NCBI GenBank assembly: GCA_010093605.1
Contig: MU004181.1
Span: forward strand, 1,984,001-2,048,000
Source: Lophium mytilinum
Taxonomy: Eukaryota
Length of the DNA: 64,000 bases
Reading direction: 5' to 3'
Every line of letters starts with the position of its first letter. The stretch's first letter is position 1. Positions 52,754-63,539 of this stretch are shown here, one piece after another. Made by a program: the position numbers and the translations under genes. The notes beneath the pieces are model-generated. The model saw nothing but the letters and a program-made list of their open reading frames with translations, was not told the origin of the DNA and ran no database searches.

Positions 52754-53941
52754 ATGGAGAAACCTACCGTCTACTCGCAAGGCGCCATCAAGAACGAACC
52801 GCAACGTTCTACTACCACCAACTGTAAGCAGAAGCCGAAACAGAAGAAGAAGCCTGCAAAAGCAGCAGCTGCCGCCAACCAGAACGCAACACCAGCGGTC
52901 AAAACCGCGCAGGACGGCGACCAGACTACGCTAGTCAACAACACGGCTTCCAGAATGTCTCAAAAGACTAAGACAGAGAGCGGACCAGCGAAAAGCGGCG
53001 CGAAGACTACGTGTGTTGTGACCACAACGGGACCGACCGCATCAGCCACTAGCTTCGAGGACTGCCTCGAAGGCCCAGAGGTCGAGGTCTACCACAACAC
53101 GGCCACGGGTAGAGAGCTCGTTGGCATAATCAAGCTCCGACTGTTCAAGTACCTTTCCGGCGCCGCAAAGACCGCCTTCGATTCTTCCCCGGCTCCGACG
53201 GGTGCTGGTCCCGACCAATATGTCATATCCACGACCTCCAACACCGCTTTCGGACTCAAGGCCATCCTCACTTGGATGAAAGGCTGCGCCGCTGTCGGCA
53301 AAGTCATGCCTCTTTCTGCCTTCCCGCGCGAAGGCTCGGTTCCTGCCGTCGCTTCCGAGCAGCGCAGCATCTCACTCCTCGATCTCTATCGCGTCTTGCA
53401 GACAGCGCGCAACCTTGATCTCCAGGCCCACACACGTCCTCTTATAAAGGAGATCAAAGCCCACATATTTGATCGTGCACCTGACGCGTATGCGCTTTCC
53501 TTGATTTGGAAGAACCGGACGGAGCATCTTCACTTGACAAACTTCACGATCCGACATGTTTGCCGCCACTGGCTCACTGGCTCACTCGGGGACTGGGATG
53601 CCGTAGAGTCATACTTGGAGAAGGCTCCCGGACTGAAATCGGAAGTGGTGCTAGAGGGCCAGCAGAAAGAATTCCATTATGGCAAGAAGAAGAAGGATGA
53701 GCGCTACGAGAAGGTGCCCGAGACGAAGGCCAGCGTCTCGAAGGTCAACAAGTGGACGGCGAAGGTGGACCATCGGAACGTTGAGGTCGACACAACCTCT
53801 TGGGACTGGACTCAAGGTAATATCCTCCAGGATATCAAACCCTCACCGCCTGCCTCCGTCTGCGGGGGCGTCTCGTACCGGCTCTCTTTGTGGGAAAGTC
53901 TGGACTATCACTACTGGGTCGACGAGACGCACCTCGGATAG
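52754..53941 (+). CDS. Divergent BTB/POZ-like orphan protein
   Basis: LEGPEVEVY...IKLRLFKYLSGAAKTAF...GLKAILTWM...LLDLYRVLQTARNLDL; 395-aa ORF. Confidence 0.7.
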   Translation: MEKPTVYSQGAIKNEPQRSTTTNCKQKPKQKKKPAKAAAAANQNATPAVKTAQDGDQTTLVNNTASRMSQKTKTESGPAKSGAKTTCVVTTTGPTASATSFEDCLEGPEVEVYHNTATGRELVGIIKLRLFKYLSGAAKTAFDSSPAPTGAGPDQYVISTTSNTAFGLKAILTWMKGCAAVGKVMPLSAFPREGSVPAVASEQRSISLLDLYRVLQTARNLDLQAHTRPLIKEIKAHIFDRAPDAYALSLIWKNRTEHLHLTNFTIRHVCRHWLTGSLGDWDAVESYLEKAPGLKSEVVLEGQQKEFHYGKKKKDERYEKVPETKASVSKVNKWTAKVDHRNVEVDTTSWDWTQGNILQDIKPSPPASVCGGVSYRLSLWESLDYHYWVDETHLG

Positions 53942-54132
53942 TCGAGGCAGGGTTTTCTCGGAGGTTCGATTCATATGGCTAACACATCTGAGACTCTGAC
54001 TGCAGGATCCGAGGCGAGAGGAGTGATTGTTTGGTTGATATGAAGAGACAGCGTGTGGACGATTGTCCAGGTTGGTTCAGTGAGTGAAGTTCTGGTCTTA
54101 GGAGTGTTTCGGGATACTTGGTAACCTTGGGC

Positions 54133-54240
54133 GGCTGTTTGGTTACCTCTGCGTGGCTGTTTGGTAACCTCTGCGTGGCTGTTTGGTAACCTCTGCGTGG
54201 CTGTTGGTGCCTCTGCGTGGCTGTTGGTGCCTCTGTGTGG
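54133..54240 (+). repeat. 20-22 bp minisatellite x5
   Basis: ggctgtttggtaacctctgcgt units between two convergent genes. Confidence 0.9.
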
Positions 54241-54455
54241 ATTTCTGGTGCTTTGGTTAAGGGTCTAAATTCAATTGTACATTACACCCAACTCGAAATG
54301 CAATTTGATTGTAGAGGTGATTGCTGTGCTACTGACGTCCGGCTGCCACCGTCTGAAGTCCTTCCATGCATCTCGAGTACCTTGAAATACAGAGTCTTGA
54401 ACATTCTGTAAACTTCCTGAGCCACCTCATGCAGCGGCAACCAGGTGTACACAGT

Positions 54456-55442
54456 CTACATACTGTGCATGTCAACCGTCTGCACAGACCACCTCGGATC
54501 CGCCGCATCCCTCAACGGTCCCAGATGCCTCTCAACGCAAAACACAATCTCGGCCATCTCCTCCTCTCCATCCTTCAAATCCTTACACCTCTTCCGCTCC
54601 ACATAGAAAGACGTCTCACACCCCCCCTCCTCACAACTACCCACTAATCCCCAATCCCCTACTCTCCACCCCCTAAACCACTTCCCAAGCATCCCCCTCC
54701 CCGCCTCCCACTTCATATCCACCCCCATCCTCAAATGCGGACAAACGCCCTCCCCCACCCTCCCTACCGCCTCCAACACCTCCTTCCGCCACACACCCCT
54801 CCCCGCCGCTACCCGCATGAGCACACACTCCCAAACCACCACCACATCCCCGCCCACCCGACAACTAACCACCTCCCGTGCTTCCCGCCCGCGGACCGCA
54901 CCATGCGGGACCGCGCACCGCATACTCTCCGCCCCACCAACCTCGAGCGCCGCAAACGTAACAGCCTTGTGCGCACACACACGGAACACGCGCGTGCTGC
55001 CGGCGCATTGGCGGCGCGCTGGCGGCTTAGTTTGCTCAGATAACGGGAAAGCGGAGGCGGGGTGGGATTGGAGACAAGCGCTGCACACGAGGATGTCCGG
55101 GGGAAGCTGGTTCTGGCGCTCGAAGGCGCAGAGGGCGCGGAAGTGGCTGCGGCGGACGAGGGAGCGGTATTGGCGGCGGAGGGGGGTGGTGAGTTTTGGT
55201 GGGGGGAGGAGCACGCTGAATTTGCGGGAGGTGGCGCGCGTGGACATTATTTCGAGTGGGGAGAGGAAGGAGGAGATGAGGTAGAGGAGTTCTGCGGGGA
55301 GGGTGTAGAGGGGCGAGTAGGTTGAGTTGTGGAGTTCTGCGGCTAGAGCGCTTTGGGTGCTTTTTGGAGTTTGAGGCATGGGCGAGGGGGGGAGGGGTGA
55401 GAATTGGTTGATATTTTTAAGGCGACTGATTATAGGCCCCAT
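54456..55442 (-). CDS. F-box protein with Cys/His-rich central region
   Basis: SPLYTLPAELLYLISSFLSPLEIMSTRATSRKF; LVCSACLQSHP..F...RQC...RVCAH...CPH. Confidence 0.8.
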   Translation of the reverse strand: MGPIISRLKNINQFSPLPPSPMPQTPKSTQSALAAELHNSTYSPLYTLPAELLYLISSFLSPLEIMSTRATSRKFSVLLPPPKLTTPLRRQYRSLVRRSHFRALCAFERQNQLPPDILVCSACLQSHPASAFPLSEQTKPPARRQCAGSTRVFRVCAHKAVTFAALEVGGAESMRCAVPHGAVRGREAREVVSCRVGGDVVVVWECVLMRVAAGRGVWRKEVLEAVGRVGEGVCPHLRMGVDMKWEAGRGMLGKWFRGWRVGDWGLVGSCEEGGCETSFYVERKRCKDLKDGEEEMAEIVFCVERHLGPLRDAADPRWSVQTVDMHSM

Positions 55443-55947
55443 ATTGGGTTGTTATGATTGATAGACTGATGAAAGGGAAGGGTGTATGAGCGCAGTCAGA
55501 TGCAGGTGGTAGGCTGAGGTGGGAATATTGTAGTTGGTGGATGCCTGATTCGAAGCTGCGACGTTGACATAAACGCCACGCCAGCTGAATTGGGCTTGGC
55601 TGCGCAGCCTAGTATTCCAGAAGAAAACAAGTGAGAGCACTGCTATAGCACTATTAGAGACGTATTAGAAGCCAAATGCTTACGTGCTATTTGATGAGTC
55701 GAGAATTTGACGTTGGAAATAAATCTAAAACCCTAAGAGGTGCACCCCTGGCGTTGCCATCAACGTGTCAAAAACTTCGATCAAACGACCTTATAATCGG
55801 AGTGATTGAAGTAAATATAGCTGATAAACAAGACTGCAGTATACCCAGCAATGGTCAAGAAGACTCACAATTTGAGGTCATGTGACTGTCAGGACCTCTG
55901 TCAATTCCAATTTATGGTATCATTATTATACAAATGCATTCTCCTGT

Positions 55948-58863
55948 TCATACGCTGAAGCTCTTCGATCCCTCAAGCAGGCCGTCAGCGACCTTGGTTG
56001 CTATGCTCCAGATTGGCATGTAGTGCCGGACCTCGGACAATGCTGCTATGGAGAAGTCGTTGGCGTCGGACCAGAGGCAAATTACGCGCCCCGAAAAAGG
56101 CTCTCGAAACTCCCCACCCCATTCTACGTCGAAGTTCCAGGCTTTTGACCAGTCACGGTGCCACAGGCGAACCTCGGAGGACCCATTCTGGCCCACTGCT
56201 GGAAAGCGCGAATCGAGCGCTCCGCCTTCCACCTCCAACGAGGTGATGGGCGTGTTGAAGATGACCTTGCAGGCGCGCGTGTTCTGTCCGACGACGTGGA
56301 AACGGGCCTGATTCTTGCCCACAGTCTTCGTGACATTGAAATTGAGCCATGAATCGACATAGGTGCGGTTGCCGAATGTCAGGCTCATTGGATGAGCCTG
56401 GGGACCCTTCCAGGAGCACTTAGTCAGCTCCTTGCGGATCGCGATGTCTGATGTGGTGCAGTTTAGGGCCTGTCTAGCGGCACTAGGAACCTGGCGTACG
56501 ATTTGCTGCACGTATTGGTCTAGTCCAATGAGAGATACTGAATTCGAGCCGCTTTCGCAGTCAGTCTGCTGCTGAAAGTAGACCTTCAGGCGATGCTCCC
56601 GTGAGAATGGGAATGCGCAGAGATTGTAGATAAGCGTCCCAATACAGACTAAGAAGATAAAGACTGGGACATGGTACGTAAATCTGTGCAAGAAAGGGCC
56701 AAGCGGGGTCAAGATGAGCGCCGAAAGGATTGCGATACTGAGGTACACCAATAGGGCTGAGCTGCCATCCGCCGTGGTCTGATACAGTCCTGCCGTGAGA
56801 ACAAGCCCAATTTGGCCAACCAAAATAATGACCATGGGAGCGAGCAACAAGAACTGGAGGATCCACAACCAACTAGGCAGGCTTCCGCTCCAAGCTTGCT
56901 CATCAGCGTATTGTTTTCCGAACTCCTGTTTAGGTTGCTCGCTGTCTTGCGTATGCCCTTCACTCACTGACTCGCGTCGGGTGCCATATCGTGCGAAGCT
57001 TTGTCGATCATTACGAAGTAGAGATGTGGTTTCGGTATCCGTATCATCATCGCGTAAGAGTGGTCGGTCTTCTGATATCCGGCTAGCCCCGCCCGTCAAT
57101 GGCCTGCTAGTAGATTCGGAGTCGATATGACTAGTGCCGTCATCGAAAGAGCTCACGAAGACGCTCTTTTTGGGGAGAGCAAAGAGTTCGAAGTACCCGA
57201 TTAGGACCGACAAGAAGGTTGCAGCAAAATATATAAGCATGAAGTAGCCGGATGCCAAGTCGAAGTTACGGGCAGAAATGGTGACGAAGACCAAAACGAT
57301 AAAGCCGCCGGAGAACAGCCAGATAAGAGAGTAGAGGCGATGGAGGGCGGAGGGTCTCATAGCATCAGCACCGCGCAGTATGAACCATGCGACCGAGAAC
57401 CAGGCTGACAACATCATTGTCCAGATAGCGAAAGGGCTGCTATACGCAATGTAGGGATTGGTCCGAAGGATGAGGTAGGCGAGGCCGATAACAGCGGCCG
57501 TGGCCACGACGAATGCGATTGGGAACCGGAACACTCCACGCCATCCGTTGACTTCCACAGCATCGTTGTCGTCTGCCGAATGTACGTACTGCTTCCTTGC
57601 AAAGAGGTACATCTTGTCAACTTTAGAGAGAATAACAGTGACCGCAATGAGAGCAAGCGGAGCGACAACTAGGAGAGTTACGCAGAGGGCAAACATAGTG
57701 TTGAGACGCAAGATGACAAAAGCTTTCCCGAAGAGGTCAAACCATACAGCTTGAGAGCCCTTTCCTGCATCCACCTTTCCATCGCTTGCAGGCTCGCCGG
57801 TGCCGTCGAAGGTTGAGCTGGTATCCGAAGCAAGACCAGAGACGGTGGCCAGAGCCGCCGATAGCATATGCCAAATCGATTTCATCGAAGTCTCGCGTGC
57901 GGAATCCTCACCGGTGTGATAACGAGCTCGTGGTTCGCTAAATGCTACATCCAGACCTCGGAGGCCGAGCAGACCGTTGAAGACAACATAGTCAGTCTCG
58001 CTCCTAATGAGCCGTCGTTTGAACCCATCAGCGGTGACAACGGTACCGTAAGGATGAGAAGCTTTCTTGTAGTACTTCGTGACCTCTGCATCCGTGCTCC
58101 TGAACATCATTGCTCGGCCGCCAGCTCCTGCGCCCTCGAGATTCAGGAACGTGTGTGCAAGCTGGGACACTGGATGCCGCATGAAAGCTCTGGCTCCGTT
58201 CAAGAAGTCCTCTTCGCCGTTGTTGAGGAGCAAAATGATGTTTCTCTTTGGCCAACTCTTTCCAGTCGTGAAATGCGATAGCAACTGCAAGATCGTGACG
58301 ACGCCAACTCCATCATCAGTTGCGCCGAATCCCGTACTCACAGAGTCGTAATGCGCGTTAACCAAGACGCCACCCTTGCCAGACGAAGCGTCCGAAAGAA
58401 CCTTCTCAGTACCTTCAGATCCGCGAATTAAAACCATGATGTTAGCACCCTCAAAGTAGACACTGGTTTCTCCGTTGGAGAAGGTGACATTAGAAACCTG
58501 GTCGTCGAATAAAAGGACTCTGGACTCTGAAGAGTCCAAAATCTCGTCGAGGGACAGGTCAACCGCCCCAGGAACGCTGTCGTAGCCGACGCCATTTGTC
58601 TTGAGGGTGTTCTTAACGCTGTGGAGTAGGTAGTCGTGTACCTCGTCGTTGGCGTGGGTGTTGTAGGGATGGAATTGACGAGTGATGGCCTGAAGATGGC
58701 TCCAAGCAGTTGTCAAACTGACTCCATCTGGAACCGAGGAAGGAACTGGCGGAACAGTCAGGTGTACAACCAGAAGGGCGGTAAACAAGGCTACATAGGT
58801 GAGGGTGGTGACGACAATGACAGGCAGCGGCGTAAAGGCGAGAGGATTGCTGAAGCGTGCCAT
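55948..58863 (-). CDS. PFF1: Vacuolar membrane protease, peptidase M28 (FXNA-like)
   Basis: 971 aa; LVNAHYDSV, GATDDGVG, NNGEEDFL, FLNLEGAGAGG, YHT; multiple transmembrane segments. Confidence 0.95.
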   Translation of the reverse strand: MARFSNPLAFTPLPVIVVTTLTYVALFTALLVVHLTVPPVPSSVPDGVSLTTAWSHLQAITRQFHPYNTHANDEVHDYLLHSVKNTLKTNGVGYDSVPGAVDLSLDEILDSSESRVLLFDDQVSNVTFSNGETSVYFEGANIMVLIRGSEGTEKVLSDASSGKGGVLVNAHYDSVSTGFGATDDGVGVVTILQLLSHFTTGKSWPKRNIILLLNNGEEDFLNGARAFMRHPVSQLAHTFLNLEGAGAGGRAMMFRSTDAEVTKYYKKASHPYGTVVTADGFKRRLIRSETDYVVFNGLLGLRGLDVAFSEPRARYHTGEDSARETSMKSIWHMLSAALATVSGLASDTSSTFDGTGEPASDGKVDAGKGSQAVWFDLFGKAFVILRLNTMFALCVTLLVVAPLALIAVTVILSKVDKMYLFARKQYVHSADDNDAVEVNGWRGVFRFPIAFVVATAAVIGLAYLILRTNPYIAYSSPFAIWTMMLSAWFSVAWFILRGADAMRPSALHRLYSLIWLFSGGFIVLVFVTISARNFDLASGYFMLIYFAATFLSVLIGYFELFALPKKSVFVSSFDDGTSHIDSESTSRPLTGGASRISEDRPLLRDDDTDTETTSLLRNDRQSFARYGTRRESVSEGHTQDSEQPKQEFGKQYADEQAWSGSLPSWLWILQFLLLAPMVIILVGQIGLVLTAGLYQTTADGSSALLVYLSIAILSALILTPLGPFLHRFTYHVPVFIFLVCIGTLIYNLCAFPFSREHRLKVYFQQQTDCESGSNSVSLIGLDQYVQQIVRQVPSAARQALNCTTSDIAIRKELTKCSWKGPQAHPMSLTFGNRTYVDSWLNFNVTKTVGKNQARFHVVGQNTRACKVIFNTPITSLEVEGGALDSRFPAVGQNGSSEVRLWHRDWSKAWNFDVEWGGEFREPFSGRVICLWSDANDFSIAALSEVRHYMPIWSIATKVADGLLEGSKSFSV

Positions 58864-59919
58864 GTTTGACTCCCAACTCGCTCTAGGAAGACGCCTCCGG
58901 GCGTAGCAGGCGATGAGAGCTCCTCTCAGCAGCTGGGCAGCGTGCAGCTTGCAGATGGAGCTTGAGTCGAAGTCGAGGATGGTTGGTCAGAGGAGGCGGG
59001 GCAGCTATCGAAGCTCCGGCTCCTCAGTAATATAGTCCGTGCGCAGGCTAGGTAGCTTTGGTGGACTGCCGCAGTATGGTGATGCTGGACCGTGGTAATA
59101 TGAACTTCCGGGCTCATGATGCCTTAACCGCTGCGCTGTGGTGTCCGTCTACGATGTGTCCTCCGCCGGCTTGCCCTTTGAGATATCCTAGAAGCATGAG
59201 CATCCGACGATCCAACGGAAAAGGGGTGTTCTGGAAGATATCGTCCAGAGACTCCCTTCAACCCCGGAGAAACATCATCCTATGGCAATGTCGACCTTGG
59301 CCCGCGCCGACGCTTCTCGTACCGACTAGGTCCATCTCCTGGAAACAGAAGCGTGGATCAATCGCCGTTGCCGCACTGCTATAGCCACCCGGGACCACTG
59401 AGAGGAAATATCGCAGGAACAAGCATACGGCGGAGCTCACAGGTCGAACTCCATTACAGCTTTTAAGCAATATTTCAGGCATAAGCTCTCGCGGGACATC
59501 GATCTGCCGTATCTCTTTCGAGCTGGCTCGGTGGTCTCGAGGATTCTCAACCATGGGACCGCTTCTTCCCTACCACGATCGAAACCACCCTCAAGCATCT
59601 CCACGCTCGCTGCTCCGTACCGCAACAATCTCCCGCCACGACTGTCGATACCTCGGAGCACTGATTTGACGCGCAGACGTCGTGAGAATAGCAGCAAGCG
59701 GTTGCGGCATTGCGCCAGGAGCTTCTCTGCGCGCATCTGAGAGGGCCCGCGAAACCCGACAACCACCCCCAGATCCCGTCTGCATCGCTCTTTTCCTCTT
59801 ATGAAAGGTATGCTGGCAGTAGTCTCCTGGTCCCGAGAGCTTCATCAAGGGAATGACACCCTAGCGCAGGCTTCTGGTCTCTCAACCAGTCTCCGGACCT
59901 TAGGGCAAGCACCAACATC

Positions 59920-60474
59920 ATGGCCGCGACACTGACTGGCAACACTGGGCAAACAACTCTCCCACCTCTCGATAATAATAACCTCATTCATCACCCCGAC
60001 AGCTGCCTAGGACTCTCCCTTCCCCTCATCGAACGAATAGCGCGAATTCTCCCTCACAACCCACGTACGATCGTCTCCATCGGCAGCGGCACCGGCCTTT
60101 TCGAAGCACTCCTCCTTCAATACGAGCCTGAACTCATACTGTACGGCGTAGAAGTCAAATCCGATCCGCCGGTAAACAAATACATACCAGAACGATACGC
60201 AGAGACAGTCGGTGGAACGTGGGACCTTTGCTCTCTCGCGGAAAATGCGGCGGCTTGGCTATTCGTGTATCCAAGAGATCCAAAACTCGTCGCACAGTAT
60301 CTCGAACGCTATGCAGATAGCAGGTCCTTGGAAATAGTTATATGGCTCGGCCCAAGAGAGGACTGGACTGTATTCGAGCCATGCTTCAAGCGCACTTCAA
60401 TGCGCGCTGAAATGTCTCAAGATGGGCCGCTGAGACCGTATGAAATGATGGTCATATACAGGACCAAGACATAA
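59920..60474 (+). CDS. Small class I SAM-dependent methyltransferase-like protein
   Basis: Motif I-like IVSIGSGTGLFEALL, GVEV, WLFVYPR, IWLGPREDW. Confidence 0.7.
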   Translation: MAATLTGNTGQTTLPPLDNNNLIHHPDSCLGLSLPLIERIARILPHNPRTIVSIGSGTGLFEALLLQYEPELILYGVEVKSDPPVNKYIPERYAETVGGTWDLCSLAENAAAWLFVYPRDPKLVAQYLERYADSRSLEIVIWLGPREDWTVFEPCFKRTSMRAEMSQDGPLRPYEMMVIYRTKT

Positions 60475-60559
60475 GCTTAGGCACTCCCTGCTCTTGCTTG
60501 GGGAAGCTCGATATGTCTTTGAAAATCTAAATACGACTCGAAAATGGACGCGGTGGGGC

Positions 60560-61280
60560 CGAACCTACCTGTTAAATGATCGTAGACCTGCCAGTTGGGG
60601 CACCCCCTAGAGCAGTGTCGAACAAGCAATAGTAAAGGGTGGGTGTTGGAGTATCCGTACTACATTGTACGGGATCTCTCGAGGAACGAAGCTCTTGCAT
60701 GAAAGATGATTTTCAGGATCCATGTTGGTCGTTCGACGAATCAAACGGGAAAGACTTCCATAAGCGGACTCTCTCTAGCTCGCGTAAGATTTCGAGTAGC
60801 GAAGAGGAATCTCAAAGCTGAGTGGTCCAATTGACGGTATCATACCCCACCAGGTGATTCTTCCTCGCCCTTTGATGACATCTGTTCAATTTTGCGTCTT
60901 TTTCCAGTATTTCTGTCCAACTTGTCCCCATCTCTTCCTATTTCATGGAGCACGAAGTGTTACCAAAGTTCTGGTCACTTCCACTCGTTATCACTCAGGG
61001 TACCCCCGGACTCTGAGCATCATGGAAAAGTCAACGCAATGGAAATGAGGCTACCTTTTGGCCGACCAAGTAGGTGCCAGCGGCGGCATTCCTGACAGTG
61101 GTTACTGGCTTCCAAAGTAGTAATCATGAAGGGGTAAATCTAAGTGGCTGAACTTGGAGCTACTTCAACGCAATATCAAGGCTTATGCGGCGAGTATTGG
61201 ACTCCTTCTTGGCCGACCGCCTACCTGCTGGTCAGGCTACCCCTTACAGTGGTATCAAGCAAGCAAACGAGAGTCCCATA
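60560..61280 (+). repeat. Copies of CCTTACAGTGG repeat family (two tandem units 151 bp apart plus one degenerate copy)
   Basis: gcaatggaaatgaggctaccttttggccgac (61036) nearly matches 10522-10552. Cores cctgacagtgg 61091 and ccttacagtgg 61242; degenerate copy 60565-60640. Confidence 0.8.
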
Positions 61281-62021
61281 CCGACCGTTGTAGTGTCTCC
61301 GAAGACGTCCTCGCTGTATCCAAGCTCGTCAAGATGGTATGGTTGTCTATTGCCGGGGTGGCTCCGCGTCGGCGAAAGGGGCTGCGAGCGTAGACTCGTG
61401 TATTGGAGAGCGGCCGAGTCCTGATGTATGGCGGCTTGATCTTCCAAGCATGGACAAGGGCATAGGTGATTAGAGATCTCGATCAGTCGTGGGGTAGAGG
61501 CGTTGTTGTTTGGAGGCCGCAGCAGTTTGGCAGAGATGAGTTGATTTCAGTGCGAGCCGATGCACTTTTCTTCTTCAGCCAACAGCACCGCCGCATACGC
61601 ACCTTCTCGCAGCACCCAGAGGACTTTCAGTGACCGTGCCGCTACCGCAAGACCATCGTATCGAGGCGCCGATTTGAACCCCCCTGCCTCAGACGTCCCG
61701 TATCATCGACTGCACCCCCGGAGAAGCTGCCGGTGCCTTCAAATCGCCCGCGTCTCGTCCTTCTCCTGGAACACAAGTCGCAGCATCAGACCATCCTCGA
61801 CAACCCTTTGACGTTGTCAAGAGTAGAAGCAGTTGCTGTGATTTGAAGGTACGATAGTAGTATTGTTGAAGATTGACTGATACTAACGACGAAGGCTAGT
61901 CACCTTCCCGTTCACTCCCAAATCTCGCGCTCCTGTCTCGGGCTTTGCCAAACCACACCGCTCAGCATCTCCGACTTCACACACGCATAAGACTTTTCAA
62001 GAGGCAGCCAAGGAAGGCACG

Positions 62022-63311
62022 ATGTCCGACGTGATTCCCTACAAGTTCAGCATCTCCAATGCCAGCCCTCCGCCTGCCGCAGAAAGCGAATTCTATGAGA
62101 AGATGAAGAAGATCATGCAATACTACCGCCAGCACGCAGCGTTGCCGAGAGGAGACAATATCGGGCCACTAAACGACCCAGAAATGCTCCTATTAATGCA
62201 CAAATACGTCCTCGAAAACCTACACTTCCACTACATCCCACAGTTCGGGCCTCTTTGTGTCCCATTGGAGAGACGAGAGGATACCCTACAAGAAGTATGG
62301 CAGAATTGGCACTTAAAGGAACGCGACTGCCTCGTCGTCACCGCTCCCTGGATAGATATCGAACTCAACGGGCACGTAATCGTAGAAAAAGTCTCACTGA
62401 GCATGGTCGAGAAGATCGGGAAGTACGCGAACAAGCCGTACAAGCAGATGGAAGGACTACCCAGAGGCCTATACTACTCCCGCATCTACCGAATACGGTC
62501 AGACAACCCCTACCTGCCGGCCGCCATCAGACTCGTCGTAGGCTGGATGGAGTACGAGGTGCTGCGCCCCGGGGAGTTTTACTTCGGAGAGCGTATAGAC
62601 CCGTACGAAGACGTCACCCTGAGGCACTCCCTCGCTCACGCTTTGCGCGCTCTTGGTCTTCTTGCCGAAGCACAGCGTATGGACGACTGGTACAAGTTCC
62701 ACCTGAAGAGACCAACGACACGACTACGGGCACGCGACGCGCGGAAAATCTGGCACGCGGAGGGGAAGAGAACGAACAACGTGTACGTGGAAGAACTTGC
62801 GAAACATCTGGCGCGAACGTCGTACCGAGAGACACGCGGTGGTGCACGCTCTGGGGTAGACTTTCCCCTCGACTTCGGACGAAACGCACAAATGGCAGTC
62901 TTTCTAAACGAAGAGGGCAACGAGCGGCTAAAGGCACAAGTTGTCCGGTGGGACCCGACGCTTTCGGACCAAGAAGCGAGCGACGTGGGGGGAGACGGAC
63001 CGGACGTGGTACTCGGCGTGCAGGAAGAGCAGTCGGATTTGGCGGAAGAAACAGCGGAAGAGGGGGGAGATGGACGACGGGTGCGAGCGCTGCGTGACGA
63101 CAAACAGCAAAAGATCTACCGAGAGCGTCTGGTGGTGCAGGGGCGTAGGTACTCGATGCCTAGCCCAGAATGGTACGGAAAAAAGGCGGAACAAAGGGAT
63201 AATGTGAGAAAGACGCTCGGAAGAGTCCTCGTTAGTAAGACTCCGCTTAAGACTTTGCGGAAGCTGGGTGGTACGGCGTGGTCAGATGTAGATAGGCGAC
63301 CGCAGCTTTAG
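62022..63311 (+). CDS. Divergent BTB/POZ-like orphan protein
   Basis: 429-aa ORF; APWIDIELNGHVIVEKVSLSMV...AAIRLVVGWM...HSLAHALRALGL...DARKIW. Closest by eye to 23821-24834. Confidence 0.6.
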   Translation: MSDVIPYKFSISNASPPPAAESEFYEKMKKIMQYYRQHAALPRGDNIGPLNDPEMLLLMHKYVLENLHFHYIPQFGPLCVPLERREDTLQEVWQNWHLKERDCLVVTAPWIDIELNGHVIVEKVSLSMVEKIGKYANKPYKQMEGLPRGLYYSRIYRIRSDNPYLPAAIRLVVGWMEYEVLRPGEFYFGERIDPYEDVTLRHSLAHALRALGLLAEAQRMDDWYKFHLKRPTTRLRARDARKIWHAEGKRTNNVYVEELAKHLARTSYRETRGGARSGVDFPLDFGRNAQMAVFLNEEGNERLKAQVVRWDPTLSDQEASDVGGDGPDVVLGVQEEQSDLAEETAEEGGDGRRVRALRDDKQQKIYRERLVVQGRRYSMPSPEWYGKKAEQRDNVRKTLGRVLVSKTPLKTLRKLGGTAWSDVDRRPQL

Positions 63312-63539
63312 TGGACGCTTCTGTGGATAGTTTGGACGAAGAGGGATGTAATGGGTGTTAATTGAGGTACGCAAAGGTGAATAGATTCGACGACGCGTGG
63401 GATTAGATAGTGACGCTTTCGGGTCAAAATATGCCCAAACGCCGAATGATTGCTACATTGTTGAAATCAGAAGTCTTCTCTATTATATTTGCCACCTGCT
63501 TGCCACTGTCTGAGGTGCCCTGGCTTGAGGCCCTTAGGA

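Noticed and set aside
54600..55400. Strong C/G strand skew and G-runs (possible G-quadruplexes)
   Set aside because: It lies within an intact F-box ORF and is explained by codon usage; there is no independent evidence of structure.
62255..63097. 280-aa overlapping alternative-frame ORF, and similar antisense ORFs such as 48893-49582 and 21316-21972
   Set aside because: These are shadow frames of GC-rich genes with R/G-biased composition and no recognisable motifs.
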